DNA of 64,000 nt from an uncultured virus (IMG/VR IMGVR_UViG_3300025099_000015) (lineage: Duplodnaviria > Heunggongvirae > Uroviricota > Caudoviricetes): IMG/VR virus record IMGVR_UViG_3300025099_000015; one strand, written 5' to 3'. Below, piece by piece: positions 56,522 to 64,000 of the stretch; within the stretch, counting starts at the first letter, position 1, and every line of letters begins with the position of its first letter. The notes below the pieces were generated by a model, which was not told the DNA's origin, did no database searches, and saw only the letters and a program-made list of their open reading frames with translations. Both the position numbers and the translations under genes were made by a program.

Positions 56522-58657
56522 ATGACAGTAAATGAAATATATACAGGTGCAGGTGCATCGGCAACAATGATACCAGAAAGAGATTTTAATCTATCTGAAG
56601 CATTTGGTGATACTACCCATAACTTACTAGCAACAAAAACCAATGATACAACAACTTTAGAATGGACAGTAGCCAACGACAAAAGATTAGTTACTAATAT
56701 TTATCAAGGATGTATGGCTAAGATAGATAAATACAATTCTTCTAATGTTAATCAAAATCATACTCAAACATTACTCATAGAATCTAATGATGCAAACTCA
56801 ATAACATTTTCTCAAGCGTTATCAGCAACTAGCGGTGATAAATATAAATGCACGATTCTAGCATTTGGTGCGCCTGTATATTCTCCTGATATGATTGATG
56901 GAAAACCTTCCTTGTTATCAGATAATTGGTTAGGCTTAGTAAACACATTTACCCCGCCTAGCATTGATGCGGAGATGAAGCAATCTAATCTAGCATTAGG
57001 TGGAACAAGAAACTTTGGTTATCAATTCAAAGGTGCTGAAACAGTAGGTGAAGCATCTATTGATTGCTCTCTAAATAATGGTTCTTGGTTATACTATGCT
57101 TTAGGAAATATGACATTATCTCATACATCCGGTAATTCAAACACATTAGCATCTGGTTTAACCGCAGGTAAAGCATATGCATTACCTTCTGGTGGTAGTG
57201 AAATATACAGAGTAGAAGATAGTAGAATATTACCTCCATTTAACGGTGTTAGTGCAACAGCAGATAAATTAAACTCAATTACAATAACTAATGATGGTTC
57301 GCAAATACCTTTTTCTGTATCGCAACCATTAACAATAACAGGCAATGCAACGGCTACATATGCACTAACTAAAGAAAAGCATACTATCACTTGCACAACC
57401 GAGACTGGAAGTAATTATGATAGTAAAAGTATAACCATTAAAACTCCAAGTGCTACAGGTGCATCAGCATCAGCAGTAGTATATACATTCTGGTTTGATA
57501 TTGATAATGCAGGTGCTTCACAACCTACTGTTAGTGGAACCACAACATATGTTGAAGTTAATACAATAAGTAGTAGTGATGGTGCGGCACAAGTTGCTAC
57601 TGCTTTATCTACTCTTATTAATTCGCAAAATGGTTTAACTGCTACTGTTAGTGGTGCAGTTATTACTGTTGAATCAACATTTGGTGGTTATGTAGCAACC
57701 CCTGTTACTTTAACAGGTAGTTCTCACCCATTATCAAAAACACAATTAGTTATAGGAGGAGAAATAGAATCAGTTACTATCACTAACAAAGGAAGTGGTT
57801 ATAGTGGTGTGCCAACTATTAGTCCTATCACCACAGGTAATGTTAATGCTACATTTACAGCAGTATTAGGTGCTGATTCTAAAGCAGACTATGATGAAAT
57901 TACATCGGATATTACATACACTATTACAGAAAATGATACAGGTGAATTACCTTCATTTGCATTAGAAGTAACACATGAAAAAGGTAATGTTCCTAATGCT
58001 GATTATTTCCAAGATGCAAATACACAAAATCTAATGTCTTACATATACACAGGTTGTCAAGTTAATACATTAACATTAAACTTTGAAGAAGGACAAGAAG
58101 TTACTACTTCAATTAGTGCAGTTTCCAGAAAGGCTCATCGTGCTGAAACTAACTATGTGCCTAAAAGACAAGTAAGGACTACAAGTGGCCTGTTTAATTT
58201 TAGCAGCACAGATTCTGATAATAACCCTTACATGTATTCTGATGGAACTATCAAAATGTATGGACAAACACTTGGTAGAATTAAAAGTGGTAGTGTTACA
58301 ATTAATAATAGTATAACTCCACATCGTTACATTGGTAATTATGATAGAACAATGGCTAGCGCGCATACTGCCGGACAAAGAACATATGAAATTAATCTAA
58401 CTATGATGATGACTGATAGAACAATATGGGATGAATTAAGAAACCAAAATGAAACTGATAATACAATAGGATTGATTGAAATAGAGTTTGCTAAATCTGC
58501 AACTGATAAAATTGTAATGAAGTTTAATGACTATCTTACTACACAAGTAGATGTGCCTTTCCCAGATGATAAAGGGGCAATAGAAGTAAACCTAACAGCC
58601 CAGGCTAGAACATTACACTCTTGCACATATCAAGGAAAGTGGACAATACTTAGTTAA
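56522..58657 (+). CDS. Major tail (tube) protein with large Ser/Thr/Gly-rich inserted domains
   Basis: WLYYALG, LPSFALE, YTGCQVNTLTLN, GQRTYEINL tube-like motifs; precedes chaperone and tape measure genes. Confidence 0.7.
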   Translation: MTVNEIYTGAGASATMIPERDFNLSEAFGDTTHNLLATKTNDTTTLEWTVANDKRLVTNIYQGCMAKIDKYNSSNVNQNHTQTLLIESNDANSITFSQALSATSGDKYKCTILAFGAPVYSPDMIDGKPSLLSDNWLGLVNTFTPPSIDAEMKQSNLALGGTRNFGYQFKGAETVGEASIDCSLNNGSWLYYALGNMTLSHTSGNSNTLASGLTAGKAYALPSGGSEIYRVEDSRILPPFNGVSATADKLNSITITNDGSQIPFSVSQPLTITGNATATYALTKEKHTITCTTETGSNYDSKSITIKTPSATGASASAVVYTFWFDIDNAGASQPTVSGTTTYVEVNTISSSDGAAQVATALSTLINSQNGLTATVSGAVITVESTFGGYVATPVTLTGSSHPLSKTQLVIGGEIESVTITNKGSGYSGVPTISPITTGNVNATFTAVLGADSKADYDEITSDITYTITENDTGELPSFALEVTHEKGNVPNADYFQDANTQNLMSYIYTGCQVNTLTLNFEEGQEVTTSISAVSRKAHRAETNYVPKRQVRTTSGLFNFSSTDSDNNPYMYSDGTIKMYGQTLGRIKSGSVTINNSITPHRYIGNYDRTMASAHTAGQRTYEINLTMMMTDRTIWDELRNQNETDNTIGLIEIEFAKSATDKIVMKFNDYLTTQVDVPFPDDKGAIEVNLTAQARTLHSCTYQGKWTILS

Positions 58658-58856
58658 ATAACATAAAAACATAAATAATCCTTTTCTGATATGGTGGTGA
58701 CAAAAATTAAAAAAGAATCTACAAAAGAGTGGGTCTTAACACACAAGAATGGAAAGTTTTTGTCCATCTTAGGAGGCCTAAAAAGGATTTAGGCTAATAT
58801 TTATATTCCACTAACATTGTTTGTTTGTTAGTTAAAGTTGAAGGTGGAAAAAGAAA

Positions 58857-59213
58857 ATGGAAAACATAGTAAGTGATAAGAACCGGCTATTTGCCGCAAT
58901 AGAAACAGAATGTCATATTTTGAAAGTAGACGAAACTTCAGAAGATGTATTGAAGGTGTGGGTTAAAGAACCTACATGGCTTCAAGTAGAACAAGCACTA
59001 GGGACAGTAATGAAACTAGATGCAGATACACAAAGTTTAGATTTAGATTTAAACAAGATGTATAAGTTTATGGTTGAAAACTTTATAGAAAAAACAGAAC
59101 CACAGTTAAACACACTAGAATTAATGCGTTTATCTCCATTCATTGGGGCGCAATTAAAAGAAGTGTTACCAAACCCGTTTGATGACCTCATGGGGGCTGA
59201 TACGGGAAACTAA
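58857..59213 (+). CDS. Tail assembly chaperone (gpG-like)
   Basis: Between tube and tape measure genes; ends on slippery G GGA AAC TAA. Confidence 0.75.
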   Translation: MENIVSDKNRLFAAIETECHILKVDETSEDVLKVWVKEPTWLQVEQALGTVMKLDADTQSLDLDLNKMYKFMVENFIEKTEPQLNTLELMRLSPFIGAQLKEVLPNPFDDLMGADTGN

Positions 59214-59413
59214 AGGATGTTCGTAGAGCCTTAAAGGGAAGGGAAGTTAATCCCGTAATAGGCTCTCGCATCCTTTTATATTCATATTGTATTGCTTTTA
59301 AGGTAAGTCCTTTAGAAGCATACAACACACCTGCTAACATAATACTTAGTATGTTAGCAATACATACACAAGCAAAGAAAATAGAACAAGAAGAAATGGA
59401 AAAAATGAAGTGA
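59204..59413 (+). CDS. -1 frameshift extension of tail assembly chaperone (gpGT-like)
   Basis: X XXY YYZ heptamer GGGAAAC at 59204-59210; the -1 frame is open for 69 codons to TGA at 59411-59413, 4 nt before the tape measure start. Confidence 0.75.
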   Translation, partial: GKLKDVRRALKGREVNPVIGSRILLYSYCIAFKVSPLEAYNTPANIILSMLAIHTQAKKIEQEEMEKMK

Positions 59414-59417
59414 TATT

Positions 59418-60944
59418 ATGGCAGATGATACAAAAAAGTATGTATCGCAATTAGCAAATGATATGCAAGTATTAGAGTCAAATGCTACATCTTTAACTAG
59501 GGCTTTTGGAGACTTAGGAGATGCTAGTAATAAATGGTGGACTATTCTTGCTAGATTGAGTTCTGGTAGTGGTTTATGGAAGTTTCAAGCAAGGCTACGT
59601 TCAGTATCTAACTTGTTTGAATTATATTATAAAGCACAAGATAAAGCATTACAAAACACTTTGAACAGCCTTGATGCGGCTCAGAAATTAACGGGTGCTT
59701 TTGAAAGAGTAGAAAACAAATATAGTATGTTTTCTAAAAACATAGGAAAGATAACTAAAAAACAAAAAGCAGATGATGTTTTTAGTGTGTATATGGCTAG
59801 ATTAAAAGATGAAGAAAAAGCATTCTATTTTACACAAAAAACTTATGCTTCCGCACATAAAAAGTTTAGAAGGCAAATGAAGAAAGATAATAAAAAACTA
59901 AAAAAGCAGATGAGATTACCATATTCTGCTAAACAATTCGGAGGTATTTTTAATAGAAAGGGCAAAATTAATGCCGATGGTAGTGAACAAAAAGGAACTT
60001 TAAGAAAAGGAACTATACTAGGGGACGTTGCACCAATGAGAGCAGGTAGAAAAGCATTGTCAATGGGTAAATCAGCATATGGTTTTTTTACTAAAGGTGG
60101 TGCAGAAAAAAGCACCCTTAGCGAAAGATACGGGAAAGCAGATAAACGAGGTGTAGTATATGGTGCAAAGAAGTTTAAGGCTGAACAAGCAAGATTAAAG
60201 GAAGCAAATAAGTTTCGTAAAAGAATGGGTAGAGTTGCTAAAAGTTTTAAGGATAAATTAATGCCGGCTCTTACTGCTATGAGTAAAGCGATTCTTCAAG
60301 TAGTAGTAAAGGCTTTAATGGGATTCTTAATCTATTTACCTTTAATTATTATCGTATTCATGGCTTTAAGAAAAGCATTTGGCCCTGTTAGAGAGTGGGC
60401 TAGAAAGAATGAACATTTATTTATACAAATAAAAGAACAAATTATTGAATTATATTATGTTATGAAAGAATTGTTCCGAGCAATATTTGATGGTGATATT
60501 ATAAAAGTATTAAAAATATGGTTTACACAAGTATTACCATTAGTAGCAAGAATACTGTTTAATGTCGCTAAGGTAATTTTAACAGCATTAGCCGTAATTA
60601 TACATAGTGTATTCAAGACTTTTTACGATGTATTACAAAATCTTTGGGGTGCCGCTAAAAGTTATATTTCAAAGAAATTAAGTTTCCATGCAAGTGGTGG
60701 AACTGTTAATACTCCATTACAAATAGTTGGAGAAAGAGGGCCAGAATTAGTATCTTTGCCTAGAGGCTCACAAGTATATCCAAATGGAATGGCGGTTAGT
60801 GGTGGTGGCTCAACTACAATAAATGTTCATGTGAATGGTAGGGTGGGTGCATCCGATTCAGAGATAAAAGATATAGCAAATAAGGTTGCTAAAGAAATTA
60901 ATCTAAGAATGAATAGAACAGGAACAACAGGAACGGGATTCTAA
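59418..60944 (+). CDS. Tail tape measure protein
   Basis: Helical, hydrophobic segments, C-terminal HASGG...VGERGPELV motif; canonical position. Confidence 0.8.
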   Translation: MADDTKKYVSQLANDMQVLESNATSLTRAFGDLGDASNKWWTILARLSSGSGLWKFQARLRSVSNLFELYYKAQDKALQNTLNSLDAAQKLTGAFERVENKYSMFSKNIGKITKKQKADDVFSVYMARLKDEEKAFYFTQKTYASAHKKFRRQMKKDNKKLKKQMRLPYSAKQFGGIFNRKGKINADGSEQKGTLRKGTILGDVAPMRAGRKALSMGKSAYGFFTKGGAEKSTLSERYGKADKRGVVYGAKKFKAEQARLKEANKFRKRMGRVAKSFKDKLMPALTAMSKAILQVVVKALMGFLIYLPLIIIVFMALRKAFGPVREWARKNEHLFIQIKEQIIELYYVMKELFRAIFDGDIIKVLKIWFTQVLPLVARILFNVAKVILTALAVIIHSVFKTFYDVLQNLWGAAKSYISKKLSFHASGGTVNTPLQIVGERGPELVSLPRGSQVYPNGMAVSGGGSTTINVHVNGRVGASDSEIKDIANKVAKEINLRMNRTGTTGTGF

Positions 60945-60945
60945 A

Positions 60946-61680
60946 ATGGTAGCGGCAACAAATAGAGTAATGATTGAATTAAGTAGAAGGGCATCAGCAG
61001 AAAATCCTTCAGAAGCGAACACTATACATACAAATAGAATATCTTTATTATGTGATTCAGTAAGTATAAGCACATCTAAGAATGCATTTCCATTTGATAT
61101 TCCATTCTCTGGTGTAATTTCTGGAGAATCATCAACAATGGTTATGGATTTAGGGGCGGCAAGAAAAGAAGTGCAATTACAAGGCACGATACGCGAACAA
61201 GAAATTACTAAGTTTAAGGGAGGAGATGAATCAAGTGCTAAAACAGTATCTTTAACCTCTTATGAAGTCGCTCAATTATTACATTCATATGTTGATTCTT
61301 CTTTCGTGCATGAAGACCAAAACATTAGTAAATTAATATTGTTAATACCAAGTAGGGCTGATAATAATTTTGAATATAGAAATACTTCAAATGGCACAGG
61401 CCACATTAATGTAACTAAAACTACTCCATTAAATGAATTACCATTAATACCATTTCATTTCGCAAATAGAAGTTACGATGTAACATCTTGGTCTTTTGGA
61501 CATACAAAGAAAACATTCGATTACTTCCAAACAACTACTGATGAAATAGAAGGACTTAGAGGTTTTGTGTCTACCTTTTCTACTGATATAGCGGGTGCAG
61601 AAACACCTCATATTGGTTTCAGTATGACGTTTATTCAATCTTCCACATTAGTTTCAGACTTTATTAACACAACATTTTGA
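60946..61680 (+). CDS. Putative distal tail/baseplate hub protein
   Basis: Position after tape measure; MDLGAARKEVQLQG. Confidence 0.5.
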   Translation: MVAATNRVMIELSRRASAENPSEANTIHTNRISLLCDSVSISTSKNAFPFDIPFSGVISGESSTMVMDLGAARKEVQLQGTIREQEITKFKGGDESSAKTVSLTSYEVAQLLHSYVDSSFVHEDQNISKLILLIPSRADNNFEYRNTSNGTGHINVTKTTPLNELPLIPFHFANRSYDVTSWSFGHTKKTFDYFQTTTDEIEGLRGFVSTFSTDIAGAETPHIGFSMTFIQSSTLVSDFINTTF

Positions 61681-61689
61681 GGAATATAT

Positions 61690-62712
61690 ATGCCAGGAGT
61701 ATTTGTAGGAAATACAAAATCGTTAGTCTTCCCTGTAATGTGCGATGCATATCTACAATTAAAATACGCTGATAAAAATGATAGTGCTTCAACTGCTTTA
61801 GGATTAAGACAAGGACTTTGGGGACATAATACATCATTTAGTATAGAAGCAATAATTACTCCTTATGATGTAAACGGATTTGGTTCTTTGACAGGAGTAG
61901 GTGTTATAGATTCAGAAAAAACTCCACCTAGTATTGGAACAAATACTGCTAATCTAACACACTATCAAAGCCAAGCCTATTTTACACCTGCTAATAGAAA
62001 TACACACAAGATGATGATATTCCATAGTGATGGCTTTGAATTGTATTTACAAAATACTACTAGTCATAACTTTAATCAACCCGCAGAATACAAACTATGT
62101 GCTAAGATTGGTTCAGAAATTGTAGAAACAAATACTATAATATCTCCAAGAGATAGGCTTTATGGTTATTATGATTCATCTGGTTTCTATGATGGTATTT
62201 CTACTAGACTAAAACAATTCGATGATAGCACCACTAAACCTAATAATAGCACAACTGTTACGTGTGAAAGCACTAGTCTGTTAGCAGTAGGTAAAGAAAT
62301 ATTCAATGCAAATGGCGTTAGTTTAGGGACTGTGCAAACTATTCCTTCATTAACTACTTTTACATTATCTAGCGGAGACAATTGGACTCCTAAGTTGTTT
62401 ATACATCAACCTAAAGAAGCATTTTATATGGATACGATGTATAAAATAACTTGTTGTGTTCATACTGATGGAAAGATAAGATTATTTATAAATAATATTT
62501 TACTTGTTGAAGATAAAATTACTATTACTGACTTTAATTTTGGCACTACTGATTGTTATATCGGTAGAGACCCTAATACAACCAATACTCAATTCATGGG
62601 AGAACTATACGAAATAGCGATGTATAAAACAGCAGAACCTAGTGTTGCATCAACTACTCTAAATATAGGATATAATGATACTATATTTTATTATAGGTTT
62701 GGTGATTTATAA
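61690..62712 (+). CDS. Tail protein with LamG/concanavalin-like domain
   Basis: FSIEAII, IRLFINN, YIG...FMGELYEIAMY. Confidence 0.6.
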   Translation: MPGVFVGNTKSLVFPVMCDAYLQLKYADKNDSASTALGLRQGLWGHNTSFSIEAIITPYDVNGFGSLTGVGVIDSEKTPPSIGTNTANLTHYQSQAYFTPANRNTHKMMIFHSDGFELYLQNTTSHNFNQPAEYKLCAKIGSEIVETNTIISPRDRLYGYYDSSGFYDGISTRLKQFDDSTTKPNNSTTVTCESTSLLAVGKEIFNANGVSLGTVQTIPSLTTFTLSSGDNWTPKLFIHQPKEAFYMDTMYKITCCVHTDGKIRLFINNILLVEDKITITDFNFGTTDCYIGRDPNTTNTQFMGELYEIAMYKTAEPSVASTTLNIGYNDTIFYYRFGDL

Positions 62713-64000
62713 TGGAAAGATATGTTTATGTTTTGAATGCCGGTAAATATGGTAACACGAATATAAATTATACTTACGCAAACAAGGGTAATGCATTTAC
62801 AGGTGATGTAGCATTTAAGAACACATCAGTAAATCCTGTATTAAAATGCACTAATATAAATGCTGAACATAGTGGGTTATCTGCTAACTTTTTTGAAATT
62901 AGAAACACTCATTATGAAGGTGAAATATCTAATGCTAGTCATTCTGCAATAGTAAATAGAATATATCCAAGCACTAATAAACCAAATATAGTATCAGATG
63001 CAACGTATGGTAAAAATAAACAACAAACTACTTCCTTTAAAATAAGGACTTATACAAGCACAAGTGCAACTAATTCTGACGACCACGCTAATCAGTTGCT
63101 TGTTGGTAATAGCAGTTTGAATATGGATTTAGATACATACGATTATTTTGTTTTAATTAATCCTCAAATAGCACACTCAACATCAGATAGCACACCTAGT
63201 ATTAGACCTCATTTTGCGAAGATAACTAACATTATTTCTTTTGATGAACATGGTGATGGCTTTGAGTTTGAACCTAAATATCCAGAAGCAATTGCTAAAG
63301 ATACTAATTTTGAAATCTATAAAGGGCCATTAGTTTCAGATACTAGCGTTGTTGCTGTAAGTTATGGGCTTCGTGGGGATGGGACTGAATTAGGAACATC
63401 TACTAATGATGATTATGATAACAGTAGTCCTGTAACTTTTATAACAGATAAATATGATGCAGGTAGTGAAGTATCAAGACCGACATGGTATTTTTATAAT
63501 GATAGATTACAGAATGAAGATAGATTAGATTATGGAACTAAATACAATTTAACTACTTGTAGGTGCTTTGATTGGGATACTAAAGGGACATTTACTCTAA
63601 CCAATACAAAATCTCAATATCTAAACAATGCAGTTTTAGTTAGCACTAATTTTACAGGAATAATAGGACAAAGCGTATATCAAAAATTAAATAATGGAAA
63701 CTACATATATATGGGTAATGTAATATCATATTCTAGTCCTTCATTAACTTTAGAATATGCAGTTAATACAATAACATCTACTTTATCATCAACAGCCAAT
63801 TCAGATACTAATATCCATGTAGGTAGAACAATACATCAATCGGTGTTTAGAACAGAAAGAGAGTATGGAACGGATATTGAAGACTACGGTTCTATGAATC
63901 AACATGCAGTATTAGTAGATAGAATGTATAACAAAGATGGTGAGATTGGAATTACAAATCAGCCAACAGATTATGAGACAGGCTCGACAACTACATATTC
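62712..64000 (+). CDS. Large tail/baseplate protein, truncated by window end
   Basis: ATG at 62712 after GGTGA (MERYVYVLNAGKY...); appears to run off the window. Confidence 0.6.
   Translation, partial: MERYVYVLNAGKYGNTNINYTYANKGNAFTGDVAFKNTSVNPVLKCTNINAEHSGLSANFFEIRNTHYEGEISNASHSAIVNRIYPSTNKPNIVSDATYGKNKQQTTSFKIRTYTSTSATNSDDHANQLLVGNSSLNMDLDTYDYFVLINPQIAHSTSDSTPSIRPHFAKITNIISFDEHGDGFEFEPKYPEAIAKDTNFEIYKGPLVSDTSVVAVSYGLRGDGTELGTSTNDDYDNSSPVTFITDKYDAGSEVSRPTWYFYNDRLQNEDRLDYGTKYNLTTCRCFDWDTKGTFTLTNTKSQYLNNAVLVSTNFTGIIGQSVYQKLNNGNYIYMGNVISYSSPSLTLEYAVNTITSTLSSTANSDTNIHVGRTIHQSVFRTEREYGTDIEDYGSMNQHAVLVDRMYNKDGEIGITNQPTDYETGSTTTY

Noticed and set aside
24018..62381. Numerous minus-strand ORFs in the right arm
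   Set aside because: Ser/Leu/Phe-rich antisense shadows of long plus-strand genes.
1..64000. tRNA or rRNA genes
   Set aside because: No convincing cloverleaf with T-loop GTTCRA and acceptor stem, nor rRNA signature, was found by eye; a tRNAscan/Rfam run is needed to exclude them.

Overview
This is a 64-kb stretch of an AT-rich head-tail (Caudoviricetes) archaeal virus. The gene set fits a magrovirus-like virus of Marine Group II/Poseidoniales; that assignment is inferred from the viral TFB, ATP-dependent ligase, class II RNR and GGTGA/GGAGG ribosome sites, and is not database-checked. There are three zones. (1) 1-11.6 kb, all minus strand: JAMM protease, E1/ThiF enzyme, TFB, candidate E2, NrdJ and a ubiquitin-like protein ending GG-TQ, together a candidate virus-encoded ubiquitin-like conjugation system. 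(2) About 11.7-18.9 kb, almost non-coding: an origin-like segment, then an array of 23 exact CCATATGG palindromes separating long fold-back units with recurrent GC-ATTAA-GC loops. The array contains four promoter-bearing cassettes bracketed by inverted CCATATGG-N-ACTTTGT ends. Two carry paralogous orphan genes whose transcript ends are complementary, one carries a hairpin plus a small ORF, and one appears to be a ~420-nt structured ncRNA. (3) 18.9-64 kb, all plus strand: about 20 ORFs sharing an N-terminal M-x-W-x-x-[IVL]-[IL]-K signature, then terminase, LAGLIDADG protein, portal, DNA ligase, prohead protease, major capsid, a small-GTPase/membrane cluster and tail genes with a predicted -1 frameshift. 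The palindrome/hairpin cassette array is the best candidate for an undescribed system. All analysis was by eye; no searches or folding programs were run.
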